A stretch of DNA of 64,000 nucleotides from Candidatus Woesearchaeota archaeon (GTDB lineage Archaea; Nanobdellota; Nanobdellia; Pacearchaeales; GW2011-AR1). A model generated the notes under the pieces. That model worked only from the letters and a program-made list of their open reading frames with translations. It did not search any database and was not told the origin of the DNA. The stretch lies in contig CAZYZS010000004.1 of NCBI GenBank assembly GCA_964651965.1, forward strand, positions 18,244 to 82,243, read 5' to 3'. The translations under genes and the position numbers were made by a program. Positions 16,403-26,045 of the stretch are shown piece by piece. Position 1 is the stretch's first letter, and each line of letters begins with the position of its first letter.

Positions 16403-19400
16403 ATGGAAAACAACAAGATAAGTGGAATAGGAATGCTGATTTTAGCTGTGCTTGCTTTAAGTTTATTTGTTGTTAGTGCCCAAGCGGATTATAGCTCTTC
16501 TACATTTGGAAATTACCAGACAATTGGCTCTTCTGTAAACACTCAATTTTATCAGCCAGGAACTTACAGCACTACTGGATGGACTTCCCCTAGTATTTAC
16601 TGGCCTGACTTTAATAGAGAAATATGCAGGCAAAGGCAGGACTTTATTGTGCAGGTATTGCCTGGAGGATGCCAGCCTGCTGTTGTTAGAAGTGATTTAT
16701 TAGAAGAACAGAACGTTCCTGTTTTCTGTAAAATAATGCTTATTCAGACAAATCCACTGATAGATGTTTCGAGGGTTAAAACAATAAGATTTCCAGGGAG
16801 CCCTCCAAAAGGAGTTGCAGGCATAACTTATTTCCCTCCAAGATATAATTTAATGCAGAGAAACAATATTGCAGATACCCCTATTGATGATAACATAGGA
16901 TATTTTGTAGTAAGCTTGAAAAAAACACCCAATGAATCAGCAATGCCTGATTGGATCGAGGGTAATTTAACAGCAATAATCGATTATGATGTTGAGAGCG
17001 CTTTGGGGACGGGGAGGACTAATTTTTATGTTTCTGAGGTTCCAGAAGGAGACTGGTTGAGAGATTATAAGTTTTATAGCTTTTGGAAAGGTAAGGGTTA
17101 TTTGAGAATGGAATCAATTGAGTCTGATCAGGTGAGAGTTTCTGTTTACAGAGACTTTGATACAAAAGAAGCTACGCAGACTATAAAGAAAGGAGCTACT
17201 GGAGACCCAATTTATCTAGGCGGATTTTACTGCGCAGCAGGATTAAAAATAACAGTAAACAGCATAACTGCCCCAGTTGAAACTGCTTTGCTTCAGATTG
17301 GGGACGATACAATTTGGGTTGCAAAAGATGACAAGATAATGGATGGTAAATGTACTGTTAACGAGGTCAAGGTAACCGACTCGGGTGGAAAAGTCACAAT
17401 AAACTGCCCTGTAACTAATGGCAAATTTGATTTATCTTTGAATTACGGGAAGGTAAACTTAACTATAGGAACTGGGCCTGAGGGAGAGTATGGAATTGGG
17501 AAAGAAATAGTTTCTGGGCAAAATATCTATCTTGCTTATTCTGGAACCTGGAAAAATGGAGAGGTTGCAAGACCTGTTGCAGTAATTGTTTCAGACCCTT
17601 GGGTTAAGACAGCAATGGCTTTCCAAGAAAGAGAGCTATTCTCTGTTGTGGATAAGATTGTTATGGACAAAAATAATAGAGCTTTAGACTATGAGGAATT
17701 AAAGAAAAAAATCCGAGATTCGATTATTTCATGGTATAACCAAAAAGTTCCAGAAAGCAAGAATAATAAAATTATAGAAGCTAATATTTTAGTTTTAATC
17801 GATAAGGCAGGAATAAAGCCAGAGGGGACAATTACACCGATTGCTTTGCAAGGACAGCAACAGAGTTCTACTATTACAATAAAATTAGGGGCCTTAGAGA
17901 GCCTTAAGAATAAAGAATACAGCGATGATGACCCAGCTTATGTTTATTACAAGAAAGCAATTCAGAGTTATAGAGACTTAGTTGACTTTTATCCGCAGGA
18001 AAAAAGATTGGATGATGATTATTTTGAGCCTTATGCTGCAGAAGCTCTTTCAAAAGCAGCTATTCTTGCACAGCTTTTTGGCAGGGTTGAAGAGCGGGAA
18101 GAATTTTATTCGAGATTAAGGGCAGATTATCCTGATTCTTCCTGGACAAGTTTGACTCAGCAGAGAATAGACTCTCTTAAAAGATATGATACAAAAGAGT
18201 CAAGAGCACTTGTCAATTTAAGGGAAGGGAGTTATTTTGTGAGTGTTTTAGGATTTAAGAGACCAACAAAAGACACTCTTGGAGTGGATTTAATGATAAA
18301 TGGGGTTCAGGAAAGATTGGGGAAAGATGAGATATTTCATCTTGACCAAACTGAAGAGCGTGGGACAACAACTTCTGGTTTTATAGAAGGTAAACCAAAA
18401 GCTACAACAACATTGACAAAACTTTCTGAGTTCAGGCTGCCTGCTGAAAAAACAAGCTATACTATTGGTGGAACAACTTATATCTTTAAAGTAGAGCTTA
18501 AAGAAGGTAAATATAATTTTGTAGATAGCGCGGGCATAGTGATTGTTAGCGGCGGGTTAACTGACACTTTGGAGAAAGTAGGCATAACTTATATAAAAAT
18601 TCCAGTTGCGGATATAAATGTTAATGCATATGACAGCTTGTTTGAGGGGAATCCTGCTAGAAACCAATTAACTACTACAACTACTACATCAATAGGAGAG
18701 ACACTACAGGTAACAAAGATAGAGGATAACAAAGTTACCCTTGTTTATAATAAACCTGCTGTTGGCAACACTCCCGCTATTGTAAATAAGCAAGAAGAAC
18801 TCGAGACAGACAAAAAAGAGAGCGTTGTGTTGGGAACAAACACTATAAGGCTTTTGAAAATTGATATGGAGAAACAGGCAAAGCTTACTTTGGATTCTGA
18901 GGTAAGAGGGCCACGAGCTTATGCTAATTTTTCATTTAAGATTGGAATTGAGAAAAGAGGCATTCAATTAAGCCCGGAAAAGACAAAAGAGATGATGGAT
19001 AATATCGAAGAGACAATTAAAAAATGGGAAGATATTAACGAGAAACTTGGGAAAGTTGTTAAAGGATTAAAGGGAGCATGTTTTGCAACTTCTATGGTAC
19101 TCACTGCAAAGAACCTTGTAACCGGATTTTCAGGAGGCGCGATGGCAAGAAACGAGTTAATGACTATGCCAGGAGGGTGGAATGATTATTGCGAGAAAAT
19201 GGTTAACGAAGGGAAGTATTACAATATTCAGGCCTGCCTTCTTGATAAAAACCCTGAGATAGAGAGCGATGTTTCTGCCTATTCTAAATGTATCCAAAAT
19301 ACAAATGATAAATTAGAGCAGGCAAGAAGCGGGATTACTGAAAGAACTGATATTTTGGATATTGAAGGGCAGGTAACTGACAGACAGCAAATGGAGAGCA

Positions 19401-22400
19401 AATTTAGGAGTTCTATTAATTGCGCCACTACTTCTGGTGTGGACTGTAGCAATTTAGGTTTTGATGCTACAAGAGAGATTTATACATTAAATTGTGTGCG
19501 TAGTGGGACTGTCAGCACTGAGATGAGCAATGCAGTTTTCGATAAATTAAACAGGACAGAGACAGAAGCCCTTGCCAGATACAATGAGGATCAAGCAAGG
19601 AAGGATGCAGCAACTAAAGTGCAGGCTCTTGGAATGAAAATGACTTATTTGGATGGAGATAGCACAACAAGAGCCAACCTTTATCAGGCAAAACCCACTG
19701 ATAGGTTTGTGACTGCTTCTGGAACTGGAATTCAATCAAACGAGTGGCTTGTTGCAACAGTTGTTCCTAAAGATTACAAGAAAGATGGTACAGGAGGATA
19801 TAATATAGGAGCTTTAGGAGGATTGCCTGTTTTAATACAGGTGCAAGATAAAGATAACGATGGAGTTTTTACGCGCGATGGAACAACCCAGATTTATGAT
19901 CAAAATGGAAACCCGATTAAGTCTGATTCCCCAGAAGGTGCGGCAGTTATAGCTTATTTATCTCAGAACAGAGCCAGCAGATTTGTCAAGACAGATGCCA
20001 AAGCTTACGAGAACAAAATAACAAATCCTGAAAAATTAACTGTGAAATATTTTGAGAGAGCCCCTTACAAAGGATTGCCTGCTGAAGTTCCATTTGATGT
20101 GCAAAATGGATGGTATGCTGAAATGGAATATGTACTTTCTGGATTTGGAAAGCCATACGATGAATCAGGAAGAATTGCTAACTTTTATATATGCAATGTT
20201 GGAGCTAACGGGAACATTGAATTCAAGAGAAATGCAGATGATATATGCAGATATTATAATGGAATAAGCGATGAGCTTGGATTTCCAGGATTAGATGCAA
20301 CTCAATCTAGAAACTTAGTTGCAAGGGCAAAACAGGCAGTTGTAGAAGCTTCTAAGTATTATGGAAAGAAAGAGGCTTATATTAATGGGCAGAAGTTTGG
20401 AACAGGAACTTCTTTTTCAGGAAGTGGAGGAAGATGTACAGACTTTATGTCTCCTAAAGACTGCAATATAATGTTCAATGTCTGTGACCCTGTAATATGC
20501 CCTGCATCGAGATGCGATTTAGGTGGAACTTTCCCAGTTGATAATGTAATCCAGACAGGAATTATAGGGAGTTTAGTTTTATGCCTACCTAATATAAAAG
20601 AAGGGATTTACATTCCTGTCTGCTTGTCTGGAGTGCATGCAGGAATTGAAGGGTATTTGAGCATTTTAAAAGCCCACAGAGACTGCTTAAATGAAAGTTT
20701 AACAACTGGAAAAACAATAGGGATATGCGATGAGATAAGAAGCATTTATTTATGTGAATTTTTCTGGAGGCAGATGGTTCCATTCTTTGATGTAATTGTT
20801 CCGCGCCTGATAGAAAGTTTCATGGGACAAGGAGCAAGAGGCGGGGGAGAGTATTTAACAGTGCAGAATGCTTGGGATAATACTCAGAAGTCTATTGATT
20901 ATTTTAATAACGAGTATGCTGTTAATTCAATGAAAGCTTTCCAAATGCGCTCGACAGAAGAAGCTGGAAGCGAAGTATGCAAATCTTTTGTATCAACAAG
21001 ATATCCTACAGACTTTGATTTGCTGACAGAGCCAGACTCTCCTGTTCAATACCATGCTTGGTTTGATGAGAATGTCATGACGACTGCAACTCCATATCCA
21101 ACCTCTCACTATAAAGTTTATTATCATATTTATGCTGGAAAAGACCAAGGAGCTTATTACGAAGTTTATTTGACAGATATTGCAGAAGAGTTCACAACTA
21201 GGTATACTTATCAGTCAACTTACTTTGTTGTACCAGAGGCACAGGGTTATATTCCTTCTGGCGGTAGTGTTGATGAAGCAAAAGACTTCACAGCCCCTTC
21301 TGGATATAAGAAACTGTGTGTAAGAATCAATGGGCAGGATGAGTGTGATTTTGGGAAAGTTTCAACTTCTTTTGCTGTGGATTATATTTCAGATAAGTAT
21401 GCTGCAGAACAAGCACAACAGGACATAACCACAAGCAAAGAGTGTGTTGCAGGCACTCCTTCTTTGTATAGCATGGCGCAGCCCAATCTTCAGGCAGGAG
21501 CAGAAGAAGCTGTTGAGCCTGAATTATACAACCAAGGAATTGTAAGAGTGTGTTCTACTTATAATCCAGGAAGACAAGTAGATGCCAAAGGCGAGTATGA
21601 TACAACCAATTCTACTTTTGATAGGTGGAAAGATGTTGGATACTGCGACGATACAACTTTGAGATGCTGGCTGGATACAGAGTCTGTAAAAGATGTAATA
21701 AAGAACAAAGATCTGGAAAAACAGGTGTTAGATAGCGTGGATACGAGTGTTATAGGAAGCATGGATGCTTTAACTCCTGAGAGCTCAAAAACAACGAGCA
21801 GTACAGGAGATTTGTTAATTACAGAAACATTAAACAAAGTACCTAAGGAATTGCCTACAACTGCTACAGACAAAGATAAAGCAGATCAAATAGCAGCTAC
21901 CGATACTGCAATAAAAGAAACAGAGGATAAATTCAAAGAGCTTTCTGAATTAGCTCCAAGCAACTCTTACAAAGCAAGAGGTTATCTGTTATTGGGAAAA
22001 TTATACGAAGATGTTGCAAGAAAATTAAAAGGAGAGGAACCAAAGCCACCAGCAGCAAACCCCACTCAAGAAAGCCAGAAGGTTGAAGTTAAACAGGCAG
22101 ATGATAATTATCCGATTGGAGCAAAGGTTACTTCTCAAAATAAAGGTTATGAGGGAGTATGGGCGAAAGGGTACAATAATTACTGGATAAGTCAAAAAGA
22201 TGAAACAAAAACTGCGACATTTGAACAACTAATGCCTGTAACTTCTTTTGTAGATTCTGCAGCAAGCTCGAGTGGAACTACGACAAATACTGGGACAAGC
22301 GCAGATACTTTAACAATAAAAGAGGAAGATTGGATTGAAGGACCTGTTGATGGAGTCGTTTTTGAGCATGAGAAAATGTATAATTTTTACTTCAAATATG

Positions 22401-22717
22401 AAGGTTCTTCTTGGAAAGTAGCTGATGGGGCAAATTGGATAGGGGGGGATAAAAAATTTGCTGATTTGGTATTTGTAGAGTTTCAAGATTTGCATTTAGG
22501 TGCGGCTAAACAATTAGCTATTGGAGGTTATGACGCATTTCTTAGAGATTTTGCAAAAGTAAAAACGGACTATCAAGAAGGGCTTAAAAAAATAATAACC
22601 TACTCATTCCAGAATAATGTTAAGATTAATGTTTATTATAAGGATGGAAGGTCCTTGGGCAGCTATTCGACTAAGGGGCAGTTAAAAGAACTTTTTGATA
22701 AAATCAATTCAGATTAA
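16403..22717 (+). CDS. Giant secreted/surface protein (2104 aa), unknown function
   Basis: Uninterrupted 6.3-kb ORF. It has an N-terminal signal/TM (GIGMLILAVLALSLFVVSAQA), a Cys-rich hydrophobic core around 20.4-21.0 kb, and a Thr/Ser-rich linker near the C-terminus. Confidence 0.7.
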   Translation: MENNKISGIGMLILAVLALSLFVVSAQADYSSSTFGNYQTIGSSVNTQFYQPGTYSTTGWTSPSIYWPDFNREICRQRQDFIVQVLPGGCQPAVVRSDLLEEQNVPVFCKIMLIQTNPLIDVSRVKTIRFPGSPPKGVAGITYFPPRYNLMQRNNIADTPIDDNIGYFVVSLKKTPNESAMPDWIEGNLTAIIDYDVESALGTGRTNFYVSEVPEGDWLRDYKFYSFWKGKGYLRMESIESDQVRVSVYRDFDTKEATQTIKKGATGDPIYLGGFYCAAGLKITVNSITAPVETALLQIGDDTIWVAKDDKIMDGKCTVNEVKVTDSGGKVTINCPVTNGKFDLSLNYGKVNLTIGTGPEGEYGIGKEIVSGQNIYLAYSGTWKNGEVARPVAVIVSDPWVKTAMAFQERELFSVVDKIVMDKNNRALDYEELKKKIRDSIISWYNQKVPESKNNKIIEANILVLIDKAGIKPEGTITPIALQGQQQSSTITIKLGALESLKNKEYSDDDPAYVYYKKAIQSYRDLVDFYPQEKRLDDDYFEPYAAEALSKAAILAQLFGRVEEREEFYSRLRADYPDSSWTSLTQQRIDSLKRYDTKESRALVNLREGSYFVSVLGFKRPTKDTLGVDLMINGVQERLGKDEIFHLDQTEERGTTTSGFIEGKPKATTTLTKLSEFRLPAEKTSYTIGGTTYIFKVELKEGKYNFVDSAGIVIVSGGLTDTLEKVGITYIKIPVADINVNAYDSLFEGNPARNQLTTTTTTSIGETLQVTKIEDNKVTLVYNKPAVGNTPAIVNKQEELETDKKESVVLGTNTIRLLKIDMEKQAKLTLDSEVRGPRAYANFSFKIGIEKRGIQLSPEKTKEMMDNIEETIKKWEDINEKLGKVVKGLKGACFATSMVLTAKNLVTGFSGGAMARNELMTMPGGWNDYCEKMVNEGKYYNIQACLLDKNPEIESDVSAYSKCIQNTNDKLEQARSGITERTDILDIEGQVTDRQQMESKFRSSINCATTSGVDCSNLGFDATREIYTLNCVRSGTVSTEMSNAVFDKLNRTETEALARYNEDQARKDAATKVQALGMKMTYLDGDSTTRANLYQAKPTDRFVTASGTGIQSNEWLVATVVPKDYKKDGTGGYNIGALGGLPVLIQVQDKDNDGVFTRDGTTQIYDQNGNPIKSDSPEGAAVIAYLSQNRASRFVKTDAKAYENKITNPEKLTVKYFERAPYKGLPAEVPFDVQNGWYAEMEYVLSGFGKPYDESGRIANFYICNVGANGNIEFKRNADDICRYYNGISDELGFPGLDATQSRNLVARAKQAVVEASKYYGKKEAYINGQKFGTGTSFSGSGGRCTDFMSPKDCNIMFNVCDPVICPASRCDLGGTFPVDNVIQTGIIGSLVLCLPNIKEGIYIPVCLSGVHAGIEGYLSILKAHRDCLNESLTTGKTIGICDEIRSIYLCEFFWRQMVPFFDVIVPRLIESFMGQGARGGGEYLTVQNAWDNTQKSIDYFNNEYAVNSMKAFQMRSTEEAGSEVCKSFVSTRYPTDFDLLTEPDSPVQYHAWFDENVMTTATPYPTSHYKVYYHIYAGKDQGAYYEVYLTDIAEEFTTRYTYQSTYFVVPEAQGYIPSGGSVDEAKDFTAPSGYKKLCVRINGQDECDFGKVSTSFAVDYISDKYAAEQAQQDITTSKECVAGTPSLYSMAQPNLQAGAEEAVEPELYNQGIVRVCSTYNPGRQVDAKGEYDTTNSTFDRWKDVGYCDDTTLRCWLDTESVKDVIKNKDLEKQVLDSVDTSVIGSMDALTPESSKTTSSTGDLLITETLNKVPKELPTTATDKDKADQIAATDTAIKETEDKFKELSELAPSNSYKARGYLLLGKLYEDVARKLKGEEPKPPAANPTQESQKVEVKQADDNYPIGAKVTSQNKGYEGVWAKGYNNYWISQKDETKTATFEQLMPVTSFVDSAASSSGTTTNTGTSADTLTIKEEDWIEGPVDGVVFEHEKMYNFYFKYEGSSWKVADGANWIGGDKKFADLVFVEFQDLHLGAAKQLAIGGYDAFLRDFAKVKTDYQEGLKKIITYSFQNNVKINVYYKDGRSLGSYSTKGQLKELFDKINSD

Positions 22718-22762
22718 TAAGCTTAGACAAAACTATTTAAAACATTATTTCTTTAATATTTC

Positions 22763-24424
22763 ATGGCAATGTCAATAAAGATGGTGGTAGTAATAACACT
22801 AAGTATTATCATGCTTATTTCTGGGAGTGTTTTTGTCTGGAAAGTTGTTGAAATGAGAAATATTGTAAGCGCTGTGCCTATGCCTGGGAAAGTTGGGAAT
22901 ATAAAAGTGGAAGTTATGCCAGAGTCTTCTCAGTTAGGAACTTTATTTTTCGTTAGGGCAAAATATCTTGAAGAAAGAGAGCAGCAGGAATTGAGGCTAA
23001 ATGTGGAAAACGGAAACTATGTAGGCGAGGTAGATGTTTATGATGATGGGAAACATTTTGATGGAAATCCAAACGATGGTATTTATGGAGGTTATTTTGA
23101 TTCAAAGAATAAGCAGGTAGGAAGGTACCAGATAAAAGTAGATGGTATTGAGAATTTTCTTGCCAGTTTTCTTGTTAATGAGCCTGGATGCGAGCTTATA
23201 GAAGGAGAGTACAGCGGAAAACAGATTAATTTTGTTTTTCTTCCATATGGCTACAGCGATTATAATAATTTTAAGGAGGATGTCAAGGAATTAATCAAAG
23301 GACAGGATTCTCTTTTAGGTATAGAGCCTTTTAAGTCCAATAAAGACAAGCTAGCTTTTTTTATTGTTAATACAACTGAGAATCTGGAATGTGAGGTGGG
23401 ATGCAAAAATGTTTCGACTCTTGTTTGCTGCAACAACAAAAAAGTTATGCAAGAGGCTGCAAGATGCGATTATGATAGCGTGGTAGTTTTAATTAAAAGC
23501 AATAAAGAGTGCGGCTCTGCTTCTTATTATGCTAAAGTATGTGCAGATAATTCTTATGCTAACCTTGTTTTAATCCATGAATTGGGCCATAGCTTTGGAG
23601 ACTTAGCAGATGAATACGTTTATGCTGATTATTTTGGAGATTATTCTGTTGGGGAGGTTGATGAATTTAACTGTGATAAAGAGGGATGCAACAAATGGCA
23701 AAATATCAGTGAAGGCTGCTTTAAGGGTTGTACCTATTCTAACCTTTACAGGCCTAAAGAAAAAGATTCTATCATGTATGACCTTTATCCGGAGTTTAAT
23801 ACCGTCTGTAATAGTCATATTCAAGATCTAATTGACAAATATAATGAAGATAAAAATTCTGTTGAACTTAGCGAAAAAAGTTATTTTGTCAATCTAAAGT
23901 ATAGCAAGGGTGAAATTTCTTTTGATAATGTTTTCCTCAAACCTATAATGTCGTGGCAGGACTTTAGAAAGTCAGATTATAGCATAGAAGTTGTTGGAAC
24001 AAATGGGAAGATATTTAATTCCAGCCTTTACATTCCTGATAAGATGTTCCCTATACCGCCTAATGGAACGCTGGTTTATGAGGATAATTTTGATTTTTCT
24101 TTGGCTATTCCCTATTCAGAAGAAGCAGAAGAAATAAACATTTACAGGGAAGACAGACCGATAGCCTCTACAAAAATCAAGCTTCTTTCTGAGGGTTGCG
24201 GCGATGGAGAATGCGAGGAGCCTGAAAATCGCGTTTCGTGTGTAGTCGATTGCGGCATTCTGGATAATTTCTGCGAAACTGGTTCCTGCGACCCAGACTG
24301 TCCGAGCCAGAAAGACTGCAAAAAAGATGAAAGAATAATCTGGATTTCAGTCGCAGTCTTGCTTGGCGGGGGATTTTTATTAATGACGTTTATGACTATG
24401 TGGATGGTTGGTAGCAGGTCGTAA
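22763..24424 (+). CDS. M64 (IgA-peptidase)-like zinc metallopeptidase, membrane-anchored at both ends
   Basis: HELGHSFGDLADEY matches the HExxH...DEY signature I associate with peptidase family M64. It also has an N-terminal TM, a Cys-rich stalk (CGDGECEEPENRVSCVVDCG...CDPDCPSQKDC) and a C-terminal TM. Confidence 0.6.
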   Translation: MAMSIKMVVVITLSIIMLISGSVFVWKVVEMRNIVSAVPMPGKVGNIKVEVMPESSQLGTLFFVRAKYLEEREQQELRLNVENGNYVGEVDVYDDGKHFDGNPNDGIYGGYFDSKNKQVGRYQIKVDGIENFLASFLVNEPGCELIEGEYSGKQINFVFLPYGYSDYNNFKEDVKELIKGQDSLLGIEPFKSNKDKLAFFIVNTTENLECEVGCKNVSTLVCCNNKKVMQEAARCDYDSVVVLIKSNKECGSASYYAKVCADNSYANLVLIHELGHSFGDLADEYVYADYFGDYSVGEVDEFNCDKEGCNKWQNISEGCFKGCTYSNLYRPKEKDSIMYDLYPEFNTVCNSHIQDLIDKYNEDKNSVELSEKSYFVNLKYSKGEISFDNVFLKPIMSWQDFRKSDYSIEVVGTNGKIFNSSLYIPDKMFPIPPNGTLVYEDNFDFSLAIPYSEEAEEINIYREDRPIASTKIKLLSEGCGDGECEEPENRVSCVVDCGILDNFCETGSCDPDCPSQKDCKKDERIIWISVAVLLGGGFLLMTFMTMWMVGSRS

Positions 24425-24435
24425 AAAGAATAGAA

Positions 24436-24447
24436 ATGCGGGGAGTA
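24436..24447. repeat. 12-nt copy of the tRNA-Leu 3' end (atgcggggagta)
   Basis: Exact match to 26045..26056. It is followed 26 nt later by tgcgaattttt, which also follows the second copy. Confidence 0.5.
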
Positions 24448-24557
24448 TGCAGGATACTATCTCGGCATAATGCTGCGAATTTTTTTTCGCCTGTTTTATC
24501 CCGCCGGTTACCTTAATGCCTTCTAGTATCTATATTTTTGGTATATTGTTGTCATAT

Positions 24558-25475
24558 CTAATTAACTTCTAAAAGTGCATCTAGTGAATTAGGACAAAAT
24601 GTTACCTTTTTCCTATTTAGATCATAATAACCTTGTACATAACAAAAATTTCTATCATGAAATGTTTGAGGCCCTTTATTTGAAAGACTAAGTTTTAGAC
24701 TATTAATTTTTAGATTAAAGAGTTCTTCTTGAAATTCTGAAATCTCTTGGTCACTTGCAGCAGAATTACAACAGCTTACAAGTCCTAGTTCGTACCTGTG
24801 GTCGTATTCTGCAGTTCCAATTATCAACAAGACGGGGCTTGCAACTAATTCTGCTTTATTCTGCAGTCCAATTTTTGGGATATCCATTCCAACACCATAT
24901 TCTTCAATAAATAATTTTGTGTCTCTTAAAAAAGCCACATCTCCCGGTGATGGAATTGAAACGTGAATTTTCTTAGAAGGATGGGTATGCCCATCTAGGA
25001 ATAAGTAAGAATCATCCAAAAGTTCTGCATACTCCTTAGACTTATTATATGGGACTGGCACTTCTATTTCTAAATCTTCATCCCTTCTCTTTAGGTATTT
25101 ATTGAGTAAAGCATGATATTTGCCGTACCTCTTTATGTATCTATTGCAAGCTTGAATATATGCATTTTCATCCTCATGTAAAAGAGATAGTGGAGGTTTA
25201 GTTGGAGGAGGACCAAACTTTTTTTCAAATTCCTGGAGTAATTTTAAGTGTCTTTGAGTTGGCCTGCCTACTTCATTGGGATCTCCAACTTCTATTTTAT
25301 TAGAATAATAGAAACCATTTTCTTGTTTGCTTCTCATAATTTTAAAGCGAGTTTCATATCCTGTTAATTGTGAATGCCCAATACATATATCTAAATATGC
25401 TCTGAAGAGGAGACTGTTCATTTCCTTGAGTAATCTTTCTGAATTAATCTTATCAATTATTATTCTTTCTTTCAT
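24558..25475 (-). CDS. JAB/MPN (JAMM)-motif protein, unknown function
   Basis: GHTHPSKKIHVSIPSPGDV fits H-x-H-x10-S-x2-D. I recognised nothing in the remainder. Confidence 0.45.
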   Translation of the reverse strand: MKERIIIDKINSERLLKEMNSLLFRAYLDICIGHSQLTGYETRFKIMRSKQENGFYYSNKIEVGDPNEVGRPTQRHLKLLQEFEKKFGPPPTKPPLSLLHEDENAYIQACNRYIKRYGKYHALLNKYLKRRDEDLEIEVPVPYNKSKEYAELLDDSYLFLDGHTHPSKKIHVSIPSPGDVAFLRDTKLFIEEYGVGMDIPKIGLQNKAELVASPVLLIIGTAEYDHRYELGLVSCCNSAASDQEISEFQEELFNLKINSLKLSLSNKGPQTFHDRNFCYVQGYYDLNRKKVTFCPNSLDALLEVN

Positions 25476-25877
25476 TTTCCACTGGAAGAGACATAGAAAA
25501 CACTATTTAAATGTTAGTATCTTTATAGTGGTAACAAACATAAAAGTTTATAGGGCTGGTTTTTATTTGATTAGAAAGAGCAAGATTAGAACAAGGAAAG
25601 AGATAAAAATGGTGATAAGAATAAAGCGAGAAGTTGTTGAAGATGAAAGACCCGTTGAGGGATATATAGGAAGATTTGGATACCTTTACCGAGAATAACT
25701 TGATTTGTTGCTTGAGCAACCTCAGATGGAGAGATCTACTTTTTATTATATCCAAGCATCTTTCTTTGCTTTTATACGAGTCTATTTTTATCTCCTTTTC
25801 ACGCTTTCCAAGTTTATATTTCTCTGGAATAAATTTGAGCATATAGAAAGTTCGCATGAAAATTCCAGAAAGATTGT

Positions 25878-25897
25878 ATGCGGGGAGTAGGTCCTAA
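25878..25897. pseudogene. Degenerate tRNA-Leu 3' fragment (atgcggggagtagg+tcctaa)
   Basis: 14 nt are identical to the tRNA-Leu 3' end. The next 6 nt match the anticodon-loop region, as if 32 nt between two tagg repeats had been deleted. Confidence 0.55.
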
Positions 25898-26045
25898 AAA
25901 ATTCTTGCGAATTTTTGGGAACCATTCGCACAAGAGGTGTGCTCAGGCAATCGAAAGGTTCGATTCTGGAGGGCGCGCTGTCAACGGACAGAGGGTTGAC
26001 TTAAGCTTTAGCTGTTTTCTACAAACTCTTTCCTAAAGAGCTTTA

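Noticed and set aside
25327-25890. ORFs of 123, 116 and 61 aa in the region between the JAB-motif gene and the tRNA-Leu fragment
   Set aside because: They overlap each other on both strands and have Ile/Phe/Lys-rich AT-driven composition with no motif or coupling to neighbours. I treat the region as non-coding or decayed, though a short real gene cannot be excluded.
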